This document shows, in pieces, positions 21,781 to 33,346 of a DNA stretch of 64,000 bases. The position numbers and the translations under genes were made by a program. The stretch is taken from NCBI RefSeq assembly GCF_003334405.1, contig NZ_QOWM01000014.1; one strand, written 5' to 3'. How positions within the stretch are numbered: position 1 is the first letter of the stretch; each line of letters opens with the position of its first letter. Below the pieces are notes generated by a model, which searched no databases, was not told the DNA's origin, and saw only the letters and a program-made list of their open reading frames with translations. Origin of the DNA: Escherichia coli (GTDB taxonomy: Bacteria > Pseudomonadota > Gammaproteobacteria > Enterobacterales > Enterobacteriaceae).

Positions 21781-22986
21781 ATGACGGAACAAGAAAAAAC
21801 CTCCGCCGTGGTTGAAGAGACCAGGGAGGCCGTGGACACCACGTCACAACCTGTCGCAACAGAAAAAAAGAGTAAGAACAATACCGCATTGATTCTCAGC
21901 GCGGTGGCTATCGCTATTGCTCTGGCGGCGGGCATCGGTTTGTATGGCTGGGGTAAACAACAGGCCGTCAATCAGACCGCCACCAGCGATGCCCTGGCTA
22001 ACCAACTGACGGCATTGCAAAAAGCCCAGGAGAGCCAAAAAGCCGAGCTGGAAGGCATTATTAAGCAACAAGCTGCACAACTTAAGCAGGCGAATCGTCA
22101 GCAAGAAACGCTGGCAAAACAGTTGGATGAAGTCCAACAAAAGGTCGCCACCATTTCCGGCAGCGATGCTAAAACCTGGCTGCTGGCTCAGGCCGATTTT
22201 CTGGTGAAACTCGCCGGACGGAAGCTGTGGAGCGATCAGGACGTCACGACCGCTGCAGCGTTGCTGAAAAGTGCAGACGCCAGCCTGGCGGATATGAATG
22301 ACCCGAGTCTGATTACCGTTCGTCGGGCAATTACCGATGATATCGCCAGCCTTTCTGCAGTATCGCAGGTGGATTATGACGGCATCATCCTTAAGCTTAA
22401 TCAGCTTTCAAATCAGGTAGATAACCTGCGTCTGGCCGATAATGACAGCGATGGTTCGCCGATGGATTCAGACGGTGAAGAGCTTTCCAGTTCCATCAGC
22501 GAATGGCGTATCAATCTGCAAAAAAGCTGGCAGAACTTTATGGACAACTTCATTACGATTCGCCGTCGTGATGACACCGCCGTACCGCTGTTAGCGCCAA
22601 ATCAGGATATCTATCTGCGCGAAAATATTCGCTCTCGCCTGCTGGTCGCAGCACAAGCTGTACCGCGTCACCAGGAAGAGACTTATCGCCAGGCGCTGGA
22701 GAACGTCTCCACCTGGGTACGTGCTTACTACGATACTGATGATGCCACCACCAAAGCGTTCCTCGACGAGGTGGACCAGTTAAGCCAGCAAAATATCTCG
22801 ATGGATCTTCCGGAAACCCTGCAAAGCCAGGCGATGCTGGAAAAACTGATGCAGACTCGCGTGCGTAACCTGCTGGCACAACCGGCAGCGGGGACAACGG
22901 AAGCTAAACCTGCACCTGCACCTGCACCTGCACCTGCACCTGCACCGCAAGCTGATACTCCGGCAGCCGCGCCGCAAGGAGAATAA
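21781..22986 (+). CDS. hemX: HemX membrane protein
   Basis: 401-aa ORF with one N-terminal TM segment, a coiled-coil-like Q/A-rich region and a C-terminal [11 protein letters not shown] tract. Confidence 0.88.
   Translation: MTEQEKTSAVVEETREAVDTTSQPVATEKKSKNNTALILSAVAIAIALAAGIGLYGWGKQQAVNQTATSDALANQLTALQKAQESQKAELEGIIKQQAAQLKQANRQQETLAKQLDEVQQKVATISGSDAKTWLLAQADFLVKLAGRKLWSDQDVTTAAALLKSADASLADMNDPSLITVRRAITDDIASLSAVSQVDYDGIILKLNQLSNQVDNLRLADNDSDGSPMDSDGEELSSSISEWRINLQKSWQNFMDNFITIRRRDDTAVPLLAPNQDIYLRENIRSRLLVAAQAVPRHQEETYRQALENVSTWVRAYYDTDDATTKAFLDEVDQLSQQNISMDLPETLQSQAMLEKLMQTRVRNLLAQPAAGTTEAKPAPAPAPAPAPAPQADTPAAAPQGE
22909..22938 (+). repeat. in-frame hexanucleotide tandem repeat (CCTGCA)x5 within hemX
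   Basis: Direct read of cctgcacctgcacctgcacctgcacctgca followed by ccgcaa; encodes (Pro-Ala)5. Confidence 0.85.
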
Positions 22987-22988
22987 CC

Positions 22989-24185
22989 ATGCTAAAAGTG
23001 TTATTGCTCTTTGTGTTGCTGATTGCGGGGATCGTGGTTGGCCCGATGATTGCCGGCCATCAGGGTTATGTGCTGATCCAGACCGACAACTACAATATCG
23101 AAACCAGCGTCACGGGCCTGGCGATCATATTGATTCTGGCGATGGTAGTGCTGTTTGCCATTGAGTGGCTACTGCGGCGGATCTTCCGCACTGGCGCGCA
23201 CACCCGTGGGTGGTTTGTCGGACGTAAGCGTCGCCGTGCACGTAAGCAGACCGAACAGGCGCTGCTGAAACTGGCGGAAGGCGATTATCAGCAAGTTGAA
23301 AAGCTGATGGCGAAAAATGCCGATCACGCGGAACAACCGGTGGTGAACTATCTACTGGCTGCCGAAGCCGCGCAACAACGTGGTGATGAAGCACGCGCCA
23401 ACCAACATCTGGAACGCGCAGCGGAGCTGGCCGGCAACGACACCATTCCGGTAGAAATCACCCGCGTACGTCTGCAACTGGCCCGTAATGAAAACCATGC
23501 TGCACGCCACGGCGTGGATAAGCTGCTGGAAGTTACGCCACGCCATCCGGAAGTATTACGTCTGGCGGAACAGGCGTATATCCGCACAGGTGCATGGAGT
23601 TCGCTGCTGGATATTATCCCATCAATGGCGAAAGCCCATGTTGGTGATGAAGAACATCGTGCAATGCTGGAACAACAGGCATGGATTGGCCTGATGGATC
23701 AGGCGCGTGCCGATAACGGTAGCGAAGGTTTGCGTAACTGGTGGAAAAACCAAAGCCGGAAAACGCGTCATCAGGTAGCGTTGCAGGTGGCAATGGCGGA
23801 ACATCTTATTGAATGTGACGATCATGATACTGCCCAGCAAATTATCATCGATGGCCTGAAACGCCAGTACGACGATCGCCTACTGCTGCCGATTCCTCGA
23901 CTGAAAACAAACAATCCGGAACAGCTGGAAAAAGTGCTGCGCCAGCAAATCAAAAACGTCGGCGATCGCCCGCTGTTGTGGAGCACACTGGGCCAGTCAC
24001 TGATGAAGCACGGAGAATGGCAGGAAGCATCGCTCGCCTTCCGCGCAGCGCTGAAACAACGTCCGGACGCCTACGATTACGCATGGCTTGCCGACGCGCT
24101 GGACAGACTGCACAAGCCGGAAGAAGCTGCAGCGATGCGTCGCGACGGTTTGATGTTAACGTTGCAGAATAACCCGCCACAGTAG
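22989..24185 (+). CDS. hemY: HemY (TPR-containing inner-membrane protein)
   Basis: 398-aa ORF MLKVLLLFVLLIAGIVVGPMIAGHQGY...; recognised HemY. Confidence 0.9.
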   Translation: MLKVLLLFVLLIAGIVVGPMIAGHQGYVLIQTDNYNIETSVTGLAIILILAMVVLFAIEWLLRRIFRTGAHTRGWFVGRKRRRARKQTEQALLKLAEGDYQQVEKLMAKNADHAEQPVVNYLLAAEAAQQRGDEARANQHLERAAELAGNDTIPVEITRVRLQLARNENHAARHGVDKLLEVTPRHPEVLRLAEQAYIRTGAWSSLLDIIPSMAKAHVGDEEHRAMLEQQAWIGLMDQARADNGSEGLRNWWKNQSRKTRHQVALQVAMAEHLIECDDHDTAQQIIIDGLKRQYDDRLLLPIPRLKTNNPEQLEKVLRQQIKNVGDRPLLWSTLGQSLMKHGEWQEASLAFRAALKQRPDAYDYAWLADALDRLHKPEEAAAMRRDGLMLTLQNNPPQ

Positions 24186-24233
24186 TTCCTTCTCACCCGG
24201 AGGCAAGCACCTCCGGGGCCTTCCTGATACATA

Positions 24234-24440
24234 AAAAAACGCCTGCTCTTATTACGGAGCAGGCGTTAAAACAGGTCTGTATGACAACAAGTGGGTGCTT
24301 CACTCAACGTTGTGTCCATGGTGTCTGATGAGGCATAAGCGACATCTGTCAGTGGACGATAAGCACCGTAAACGGCTCTGCGTCATTCCGGAGTTTATGA
24401 GGCACTAAGGCGAACATAAGAGATGGAATGAGCATCTACT
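24234..24440 (-). ncRNA. glmZ: small RNA GlmZ (SraJ/RyiA), regulator of glmS
   Basis: The minus strand reads GUAGAUGCUCAUUCCAUCUC... at the 5' end and ends in the hairpin CGCCUGCUCCGUAAUAAGAGCAGGCG plus a U7 tail, matching the GlmZ sequence as I recall it; located between hemY and aslA as expected. Confidence 0.85.
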
Positions 24441-24863
24441 CGTTTATTATGCCACAGAGAATCGGGAAATAACATCCCTTAACACTTGTTATGAGATAAT
24501 TCTGTAATCCTCTTTGCTTCCTGAGTAATAACTTCCTGAGTGAATATTTAACCTGAGCTTGATCCTACACATACTTATTATGAATGATAAAATTCATTCA
24601 ATTAATAACACATATATTAATTGCCGTTAAAACTAAAAACAGCATCAATAATCAACGCGATATAATAAACCTGCCTTACATATCAACTGCGCCAGAGGTA
24701 GGATTGAAAACGCTCTCCTGATTTTCCAATTCATTTTCTGGATAAATAAATAATTTATTTTTGTCACTATTATTTATGTAATCATCCTGTCAGGGAGAGG
24801 GATCTCAATTATCAATGCTTAATTACGTCATCATTTTGATGACATGAAACCGGAGCATTTTGC

Positions 24864-26519
24864 ATGGAATTTTCGTTTTCACCCAAACGTCTTGTTGTTG
24901 CTGTCGCCGCCGCTCTTCCTCTCATGGCCAGCGCAGCAGATACCCCGTCAACTGCCACCGCACGCAAAGGCTTTGCCGGATACGATCACCCAAACCAGTA
25001 TCTGGTTAAACCGGCGACCACTATTGCCGACAATATGATGCCAGTAATGCAGCATCCGGCGCAGGATAAAGAAACCCAGCAGAAGCTGGCAGAACTTGAG
25101 AAAAAAACCGGTAAGAAACCGAATGTGGTTGTTTTCTTGCTGGACGATGTGGGCTGGATGGACGTCGGTTTTAACGGTGGCGGCGTGGCGGTGGGTAACC
25201 CTACACCAGATATCGACGCCGTTGCCAGCCAGGGGCTGATTTTAACTTCGGCGTATTCTCAACCAAGCTCTTCCCCAACCCGCGCCACCATTCTCACCGG
25301 ACAATACTCCATCCACCACGGCATTCTGATGCCGCCAATGTACGGGCAACCGGGCGGGCTGCAAGGGTTAACCACGCTGCCGCAGTTGCTGCACGATCAG
25401 GGCTACGTCACTCAGGCCATCGGAAAATGGCATATGGGGGAAAACAAAGAGTCGCAGCCGCAGAACGTTGGCTTTGATGATTTCCGTGGCTTTAACTCGG
25501 TGTCTGATATGTACACCGAATGGCGCGACGTTCACGTCAATCCGGAAGTGGCCCTGAGTCCGGACCGTTCTGAATACATCAAGCAATTACCGTTCAGCAA
25601 AGATGACGTTCATGCGGTGCGCGGCGGCGAACAACAGGCCATTGCCGACATTACGCCGAAATATATGGAAGATCTGGATCAACGCTGGATGGACTATGGC
25701 GTTAAGTTCCTCGACAAGATGGCGAAGAGCGATAAACCATTCTTCCTCTACTACGGCACTCGTGGCTGCCACTTCGATAACTACCCAAATGCGAAATATG
25801 CGGGTAGCTCTCCGGCACGCACCTCGTATGGCGACTGCATGGTGGAGATGAACGATGTGTTCGCTAATCTGTATAAAACACTGGAGAAAAACGGTCAGCT
25901 TGATAACACGCTGATCGTCTTTACCTCCGATAACGGACCGGAAGCCGAAGTACCGCCGCACGGACGCACCCCGTTCCGTGGTGCGAAAGGTTCGACCTGG
26001 GAAGGCGGCGTTCGCGTACCGACTTTCGTTTACTGGAAAGGGATGATCCAACCGCGTAAATCTGACGGTATTGTCGATCTGGCAGATCTCTTCCCTACCG
26101 CGCTGGATCTGGCAGGGCATCCTGGAGCGAAAGTGGCGAATTTAGTGCCGAAAACCACCTTTATCGATGGTGTGGACCAGACATCCTTCTTCCTGGGAAC
26201 AAATGGTCAGTCTAACCGTAAGGCCGAGCACTACTTCCTCAACGGTAAACTCGCTGCTGTGCGTATGGATGAGTTCAAGTATCACGTCCTGATTCAGCAA
26301 CCTTACGCTTATACCCAGAGCGGATATCAGGGTGGATTCACCGGCACAGTAATGCAAACGGCGGGATCGTCGGTGTTTAACCTCTACACCGATCCGCAGG
26401 AAAGCGACTCCATCGGCGTGCGCCATATTCCGATGGGTGTACCGCTACAGACCGAAATGCACGCGTATATGGAGATCCTGAAAAAATATCCACCACGCGC
26501 GCAGATTAAATCTGACTAA
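24864..26519 (+). CDS. aslA: arylsulfatase-family protein AslA
   Basis: 551-aa ORF with signal peptide and sulfatase-like region ([13 protein letters not shown]); recognised AslA. Confidence 0.9.
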
Positions 26520-26546
26520 GCCGGCGCTATCGCTGAGATCTGCCTT

Positions 26547-26652
<106 letters not shown>

Positions 26653-26677
26653 ATCAACCGCAGGCGGCCGCCGATTT

Positions 26678-27913
26678 CTACTTACTCACCACCAGCAAAT
26701 GCGCATGCATAATGTCGCTGGCCGGGCGACCGTGCGCCAGCAAATCAGCCATTGCTTTAAGATATGGCGGTAGATGGCGGAAATAACGCTGATACCCGGC
26801 ACACAAATAATTCAGTCCCGGTTTGCCGCTGGCATCGAGCATGAAGCGGTGTTTCGGGCAGCCTCCCCAGCACGCTTTTAACACGTTACAACTGCGACAC
26901 TGCGCCGGTAACTGCTTAAATTTATCTTCACCAAACGCCTGCTGTTGCGGGGAATCGATCATTTCTGCAATTGTTTGCTGGTGCATATTCCCCAGCCGAT
27001 ATTGCGGATAAACATAGTGATCACAGGCGTAAACGTCGCCGTTGTGCTCAACAATCACCGAGCGCCCACAGGTTGGCTGATGATGGCAAACCGCACCCGG
27101 CGCACCGACAAAATTGGCAAACGCCCATTCGATATTCATCACGAAAATCTTGCCGACGTCGCGTTTGATCCAGTGGTCGAATATCGCCACCAGAAACTCA
27201 CCGAACTCCTCGGGGCGCACCGACCATTCCGTTAGCTCACCCTGAATATCACCAGGCGCATGTAACTTAAGTCCATCGCGGGCAGTTGTTTCATCAGCCA
27301 GGCGCTCGACCACCGGAATAAACTGGATGAATTCGACTCCCGCATCGCACAAAAAATCATATACCTGCAACGGTTGCTGCGCGCTGGTGCGATTAACGCA
27401 GACCAGCACGTTATAGTCGACATGATGTTTTTGCAGGAGCGTCAGGGCACGCATCACCAGCTTATGCGTGGGTCTGCCACCTTTAGTCACGCGATATTGA
27501 TTGTGGATCTCAGGCGGGCCATCCAGCGATAAACCAACAAGAAAATGATGCTCCGCGAGAAACGCGCACCATTCGTCATCCAGCAGCACGCCGTTAGTCT
27601 GGAAGCTGTTACTTATCTTCCTGCCAGCACCATATTTCGCCTGTAGCGCTACGGCACGGCGGTAAAACGCCAGCCCGAGTAGCGTTGGTTCGCCGCCCTG
27701 CCAGGTAAAAGCCACTTCGTTTTGCGGTTCGCTGGCAGCGATATAGTGACGGACATACGCTTCCAGCGTGTCATCGTCCATATGCGTGACTGGCTTTTCG
27801 CGGTAAAGGGATTGTTTTTCGAGATAAAAACAGTAGTCACAGTTCAGATTACAATCGGAACCGCTCGGTTTCGCCATCACATGAAAAGCACGCGTTGGAA
27901 CCTGTTGCAGCAT
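26678..27913 (-). CDS. aslB: radical-SAM anaerobic sulfatase-maturating enzyme homologue
   Basis: Track ORF 26678..27943; the recognised 411-aa AslB starts MLQQVPTRAFHVMAKPSGSDCNLNCDYCFY (CxxxCxxC radical-SAM motif). Confidence 0.88.
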   Translation of the reverse strand: MLQQVPTRAFHVMAKPSGSDCNLNCDYCFYLEKQSLYREKPVTHMDDDTLEAYVRHYIAASEPQNEVAFTWQGGEPTLLGLAFYRRAVALQAKYGAGRKISNSFQTNGVLLDDEWCAFLAEHHFLVGLSLDGPPEIHNQYRVTKGGRPTHKLVMRALTLLQKHHVDYNVLVCVNRTSAQQPLQVYDFLCDAGVEFIQFIPVVERLADETTARDGLKLHAPGDIQGELTEWSVRPEEFGEFLVAIFDHWIKRDVGKIFVMNIEWAFANFVGAPGAVCHHQPTCGRSVIVEHNGDVYACDHYVYPQYRLGNMHQQTIAEMIDSPQQQAFGEDKFKQLPAQCRSCNVLKACWGGCPKHRFMLDASGKPGLNYLCAGYQRYFRHLPPYLKAMADLLAHGRPASDIMHAHLLVVSK

Positions 27914-28021
27914 GGTCGCTCCTTGCCTGAAGTCATCCTTCAATACGTTAAGGGCGAAATCATACCGTGGGGCAATGAGTTATTACGGGCGTTTATTGCG
28001 AAGGGAGGGTGACGAAATGCA

Positions 28022-28050
28022 CAGAAAACAAAAAACCCCGCCGAAGCGGG
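28022..28050 (-). terminator. rho-independent terminator of the tRNA operon
   Basis: Minus-strand hairpin ccccgcttcggcgggg followed by a T-run, immediately 3' of proM. Confidence 0.7.
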
Positions 28051-28058
28051 GTTCAAAA

Positions 28059-28135
28059 TTGGTCGGCGAGAGAGGATTCGAACCTCCGACCCACTGGTCC
28101 CAAACCAGTTGCGCTACCAAGCTGCGCTACTCGCC
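28059..28135 (-). tRNA. proM: tRNA-Pro (UGG)
   Basis: 77-nt reverse-complement match to the tRNA-Pro sequence ending CCA. Confidence 0.95.
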
Positions 28136-28177
28136 GAAATACTGCTTTTTGAATTTTTAGTTCAATTCTTTAAAGTC

Positions 28178-28264
28178 GTGGTGCGAGGGGGGGGACTTGA
28201 ACCCCCACGTCCGTAAGGACACTAACACCTGAAGCTAGCGCGTCTACCAATTCCGCCACCTTCG
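28178..28264 (-). tRNA. leuT: tRNA-Leu (CAG)
   Basis: 87-nt reverse-complement match including the long variable arm and C8 run. Confidence 0.95.
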
Positions 28265-28284
28265 CATTGTCACAACTTCTAATA

Positions 28285-28361
28285 ATGGGGTGGCTAATGG
28301 GATTCGAACCCACGACAACTGGAATCACAATCCAGGGCTCTACCAACTGAGCTATAGCCAC
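28285..28361 (-). tRNA. hisR: tRNA-His (GUG)
   Basis: 77-nt reverse-complement match (GGUGGCUAUAGCUCAGUUGGUAGAGC...). Confidence 0.95.
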
Positions 28362-28418
28362 CACTACAAATCTTGTTACGCGGTATTACTACCACCGCAG
28401 CTCAAGCGCCGGGACTAA

Positions 28419-28496
<78 letters not shown>

Positions 28497-28598
28497 TTAG
28501 CGCCGTTTCGGGGGTGGATAATACGGACTTCCCACCCCTCTGTCTAGTCCCTTTTTAAATAAATTGCGCGTTTGGTTACGGTTTGTGCGTTTTGCTGC

Positions 28599-29984
28599 TT
28601 ATTCCTCCAGTTTATGCGCTTTCCCGTGGCGATTAAGGCCAAAAACTTTATAAATCGCCGTCACCGCCAGCATAAAGATGATGCCAACAAACAGCGACAT
28701 ACGCGTATCTTCATTAAAGTACATGCCGATCAAAACGCAAATCAGGAATGCCATTGTTACGTAATTGGCCCACGGGAACAGGATTGAGCGGAACGGATGG
28801 CTGGCAATCGCCGCTTTATGTGCACGCCGAAAACGCAGCTGGCTTATCAATATCACAAACCATGGCACCATCCCCGGAAGCACGCTGGCACTGTAGACGT
28901 AGACAAACACACGCTGCGGATTGGGAATGATGTAGTTCAGGCATGAGCCAATTAGCAGAATAGCAATAGATACTGCCACACCCGCAACCGGTACGCCGTG
29001 ACGGGAAACTTTCGCCATTGCCGCCGGTAACTGACGGTTTTTCGCCAGTGCGTAGAGCATACGTCCGCAACTGTACATGCCGCTGTTACAGCCAGAGAGC
29101 GCAGCCGTCAGCACCACAAAGTTGATAATGCCCGCCGCTGCGGTAATACCGATTTTGGCAAAAGTCAGTACGAACGGGCTGCCGTTGCTGCCTATTTCAT
29201 TCCACGGGAAGATGGTGACGATAACGAAAATCGCGCCTACGTAGAAAATCAGGATCCGCCACAGCACCTTGCCTACGGCACTGCGCAGCGTCACCTGCGG
29301 ATTCTTCGCTTCACCGGCAGTAATGCCAATCAGCTCCACGCCCTGGTAGGACGCCACCACAATACACAGAGCGGTCAGGAACCCTTTCCAGCCACCCGCA
29401 AAGAAACCGCCATGCTCTGTGAGATTGCTAAAACCAATCGACTGCCCGCCATTGCCAAAGCCAAAGAAAATCACGCCCAGGCCAATGACAATCATCACGA
29501 TAATCGTGGTGACTTTGATCATCGCGAACCAGAACTCGATTTCGCCGTACAACCGCACCGCCGCCAGATTCGCCAACGCCACCAGCGCCACTGCGATCAA
29601 TGCGGGTATCCACTGCGCCATCTCCGGGAACCAGAACTGGACATAAACGCCAATGGCGGTGATTTCAGAGATCCCCACCGCCATCCACATAAACCAGTAA
29701 GACCAGGCGGTGAGATAGCCAAAGAACGGGCTCATATAACGATGCGCATAAACGGCGAACGAACCGGTAACCGGTTCGAGGAACAACATTTCGCCCATTG
29801 AACGCATGATGAAAAAGACGAACAGCCCGGCGATGATATAGGCCAACAATACGGATGGCCCGGCCCATTTCAGGGTACTGGCGGCCCCCATAAACAGGCC
29901 GACGCCAATGGTGCCCCCCAGGGCGATGAGTTCGATATGTCGAGCTTCCAGCCCACGCTGTAGCTCTGGTTTGTTATCTGCCAT
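28599..29984 (-). CDS. yifK: APC-family amino-acid permease YifK (ThrP)
   Basis: 461-aa 12-TM ORF; recognised YifK. Confidence 0.9.
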
Positions 29985-30115
29985 AAATCCTCGTGTTGTG
30001 TTTGCATGCTTTCCGGTGTTACCGGTTATCGTTATGGGTACATCGAGTGTTGCAAATGTTTTCGTAATTCAGGAGAAATGGCAAATAAAGCATTAAAAAT
30101 TTGAATGCTTTGTGT

Positions 30116-30156
30116 AATAAAAAAGCAGACAGGCGACGGAGTGACCACTCCGTCGC
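30116..30156 (-). terminator. rho-independent terminator at the end of the wec operon
   Basis: Minus-strand hairpin gcgacggagtg-gtc-actccgtcgc followed by a T-rich run, about 20 bp after the wecG stop. Confidence 0.6.
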
Positions 30157-30174
30157 TTTACAAAGAGAGGAAAA

Positions 30175-30915
30175 TCATAGGTTGCCGGTGTAGTGCCAGC
30201 GTAAATAACGCAGCAAACGAAGCTGACGCTTAATGCGGCTCGGCTGCGAAAGCAGGCGGTAGAGCCACTCCAGCCCCAGCGTTTGCCAGATTTTCGGTGC
30301 GCGTTTTACGTGACCGGTGAAAACATCGTAAGTCCCGCCAACGCCCATATACAGCGCATCTGGATGTACCAGACGGCAGTCGCGCATGATGATCTCCTGC
30401 TTTGGCGATCCCATCGCAACGGTGACGATTTGCGCACCGCTGGCATGAATGCGTTCAAACAGCGCCTGACGCTGCTCGGGTTTAAAATAACCATCCTGAC
30501 TGCCAACGATATTCACATTCCACTGGTTGCGCAGTTTAGCTTCAGTTTGCGCCAGCACTTCAGGTTTACCGCCCACAAGAAATACCGGCGTCCCTTCTTT
30601 GCCTGCGCGCGCCATCAGCTCTTCCCAGAGATCGGCACCGGCAACGCGGGAAACCTGCGCCTGCGGGTACTTTTTACGTACTGAACGTACAACGCTGATG
30701 CCATCCGCATATTTAAATTCGGCAGCGTTAATTAACTCCCTGACCTCGGCGTTATCTTCAATAGTCAGCATTTTTTCAGCATTAATGGCAACCAGCGTTC
30801 CCTGCTTAAGCTGCCCGTCAGCAAACAGATAATCGAGGGCGTGCTGCATATCACGCCAACCAATCAACTGTAAGCCACGCAGCGTATAGGTTGGTGCCGT
30901 GGTGTTGTTATTCAT
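30175..30915 (-). CDS. wecG: UDP-N-acetyl-D-mannosaminuronic acid transferase
   Basis: 246-aa ORF; recognised WecG (RffM); last gene of the ECA cluster. Confidence 0.9.
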   Translation of the reverse strand: MNNNTTAPTYTLRGLQLIGWRDMQHALDYLFADGQLKQGTLVAINAEKMLTIEDNAEVRELINAAEFKYADGISVVRSVRKKYPQAQVSRVAGADLWEELMARAGKEGTPVFLVGGKPEVLAQTEAKLRNQWNVNIVGSQDGYFKPEQRQALFERIHASGAQIVTVAMGSPKQEIIMRDCRLVHPDALYMGVGGTYDVFTGHVKRAPKIWQTLGLEWLYRLLSQPSRIKRQLRLLRYLRWHYTGNL

Positions 30916-30917
30916 TG

Positions 30918-32270
30918 TTATCCTTCAACCTGCGTCCGGAGCGATGATTTTGTACGTTTATGAATGAGTCCGGCGCTTTCAAAAAGCCAGTACAACAGTT
31001 TTGCGATCATCAGACATGCGCCGAAGACCACGATAAAAAAGACCACGCGTGAGACAAACGAATCCAGCCCTTCACGCGCCAGCACGATCATATTGAAGAT
31101 CGCCCCAAAGCAGAAACTGTGCAATATCGCAGCTTTATAGCGATTAGGCTCGCGGTTGCCCAGCTCATACAGCCAGTCGAACCATTTGATGATCAGACCA
31201 ACCACGATCGCCCCGAGCGGGATGAACAACGCGCCGCCCATCACCACCAGTGAGCCTATAAGCGTAGGCGAGATCGCCAGTCCGGAGTGGTTATTCAGCA
31301 CTTCCCAGGTAAAGTAGTTGGCTGAGTTCAGCACCATACTCGGGCGACCCGGCCACAGCCAGGAAGGGATAAAGACATAGAAATCGCGGACAATTGGAGC
31401 CAGGCCCTGGAAGTCGATGTTGTCGTAGTTCTGCAACAGCAACGCCAGATTCTCCCACGGCGAGAAGGTGTCGCGAGTGAGATAGAGAAACGTATAGAAC
31501 GCTTCATCGCCGCTCACATTCATTCCATAGCGTTTTAGTGCCAGCCAGAACATGCCAACAATCCCCAGCACGCCCGCCGCCGCCAGCATCCACAACGAAA
31601 TCCAGCCGCGAATAATGCCAATAAACAGGAAGATAGCGAATGCGATGATGATATTGGCGCGAGTGCCGCCGACAATCATATAAGTCAGCAAGCCAAAGGC
31701 GACCGTGCTGACGAGGAAAAACAGCCACGCTTTGCTGTCCTGGCGCAGAAAGTAGACCACCAGCATCGCCGGGATGAAAAAGTAAAAGAAGCGTTTTAAC
31801 GCCACGCCGGAGACTTCACTGGAAAAGATCTGACTGTAGGAGTTAAGCCGGAACAGCAAAAAGCCGTTGTGCATGAAGAAGATGCCGACGCTTACCAGCG
31901 CGATACCCATCAGGATCACCCACGTAAGATTGGTCTCCACGCGGTTCATGGTAAACAGCGGACGGCGCGGTACATCAGCAACGCGTTTGCGTAGGCGGGT
32001 TTTGTAGGTGACATAGTAAACCGCGTAGAAGCAGCCCGCAGAAAGCAACGCCTGCAACAAGATTTCTGGCGGCGCGACACCAACATCAAAGCGAAATACC
32101 AGCACGCTGGTCAGCGGGAAGCCGAAGAAAAAGGTGAGCAAAAACAGCAATGAAAAGAAGACATTGAAGTTAAAGCGCACACGGCGAAACTCAAACCAGG
32201 TCAGCGTGGCAATAAACAGCGTGCAGAGCAGCCAGACAACAAACAGGCCACTGAATTGCAGCAGACTCAT
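30918..32270 (-). CDS. wzyE: ECA polymerase
   Basis: 450-aa polytopic membrane ORF; recognised WzyE. Confidence 0.9.
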   Translation of the reverse strand: MSLLQFSGLFVVWLLCTLFIATLTWFEFRRVRFNFNVFFSLLFLLTFFFGFPLTSVLVFRFDVGVAPPEILLQALLSAGCFYAVYYVTYKTRLRKRVADVPRRPLFTMNRVETNLTWVILMGIALVSVGIFFMHNGFLLFRLNSYSQIFSSEVSGVALKRFFYFFIPAMLVVYFLRQDSKAWLFFLVSTVAFGLLTYMIVGGTRANIIIAFAIFLFIGIIRGWISLWMLAAAGVLGIVGMFWLALKRYGMNVSGDEAFYTFLYLTRDTFSPWENLALLLQNYDNIDFQGLAPIVRDFYVFIPSWLWPGRPSMVLNSANYFTWEVLNNHSGLAISPTLIGSLVVMGGALFIPLGAIVVGLIIKWFDWLYELGNREPNRYKAAILHSFCFGAIFNMIVLAREGLDSFVSRVVFFIVVFGACLMIAKLLYWLFESAGLIHKRTKSSLRTQVEG

Positions 32271-33346
32271 GCGACCTCCCCGGCGGCAATCGCCAACGCC
32301 CGCTGCCAGCCTTGTAGATAGTTAGGGCTAAAGAAGGCAATGGTGTTTTTATCCACCGACGCCAACTGGCGCTGCGCTTCACGCACAATATCCTCGTTGA
32401 GATCGTCGGTAGTAAACAGCACCGGCAAATGTTGTTCCGTCATATCCTGCCAGAACGGATTTTCCCGGTTAAGCACACAAGGAATGCCCGCCTGAATCAG
32501 TAAGCACAGCGTACCAATGCCCTGCTGGCGGGCAAAAATAAAGTAACCAAGATCGCACTGACGAAGTAGCGCCAGATAGGCGTCAAATTCCAGTTTTTCG
32601 CTCAGAATTTGTAGATTTTCTTCGCTGAATAACTCCAGCCCCGCCTGACGAACTTCCTCAATGTACGCTTCGTTATTAGGCGGATATCCCATCGGCACCA
32701 CCACTTTTACCGTATCGCCAAATTGCTGATGAACGGCGCGCAAGGCAGCAATATGCTCATTGCTGCGGTCGCCGGAGTTCCCCACCAGAATGGTCATTTT
32801 CCCTTCACGTTGCCGATCGTTCGCCATCGTATTGAGCGAAGGGTCCATCCGCGTCGGGAAGAACAGCAGTTCGCCCCGCACCTTTGGGTGCGTTTTGGCA
32901 AAAAAGCTCAAATCGCCGCGGGTGGCAAATACACAGCCGACTCGCTTTTGCGCCAGGCGACGTAGTGGGTAAAAAAGCTTATATCTCAAGCCACTGGAAA
33001 GCTCATACAGGTCTGCCCCCCAGATATGCCAGAAAAACTGGCTGGGCTTAATGCCACCACTCAGCAGAGCCAGCCACAGTGTGGGATTGAACTGACCGTG
33101 GAAGAAAAAACGCTGCTGACGGTTAGCTTTTGCTTTCGCGATGACCGCTTCCGCCAGCGATTTTTTCCCAGGGAAAAATTGCACAGAAAGCGCCGGACAG
33201 CTATCACTTAAGCCGTCGTCCTTGCCAACAACCATAAACTCGCGCGCGTGCTCGCTCGTCGCGGCCAGCGCGTCATTGAAAAACCGCAAAACGGTTCGGT
33301 TATGGTGAGGGATATCCGATCCCAGTACGTGAATCAGTACAGTCAT
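32267..33346 (-). CDS. wecF: TDP-Fuc4NAc:lipid II 4-alpha-N-acetylfucosaminyltransferase
   Basis: 359-aa ORF; recognised WecF; 4-bp overlaps with both neighbours. Confidence 0.9.
   Translation of the reverse strand: MTVLIHVLGSDIPHHNRTVLRFFNDALAATSEHAREFMVVGKDDGLSDSCPALSVQFFPGKKSLAEAVIAKAKANRQQRFFFHGQFNPTLWLALLSGGIKPSQFFWHIWGADLYELSSGLRYKLFYPLRRLAQKRVGCVFATRGDLSFFAKTHPKVRGELLFFPTRMDPSLNTMANDRQREGKMTILVGNSGDRSNEHIAALRAVHQQFGDTVKVVVPMGYPPNNEAYIEEVRQAGLELFSEENLQILSEKLEFDAYLALLRQCDLGYFIFARQQGIGTLCLLIQAGIPCVLNRENPFWQDMTEQHLPVLFTTDDLNEDIVREAQRQLASVDKNTIAFFSPNYLQGWQRALAIAAGEVA

Noticed and set aside
22909-22943. Possible CRISPR array or mobile-element repeat
   Set aside because: It is a 6-bp in-frame tandem repeat inside hemX with no spacers. 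No CRISPR arrays, IS elements, integrases other than the core xerC, or prophage genes were seen anywhere in the window.
25587-26120. 177-aa minus-strand ORF
   Set aside because: Antisense within aslA.
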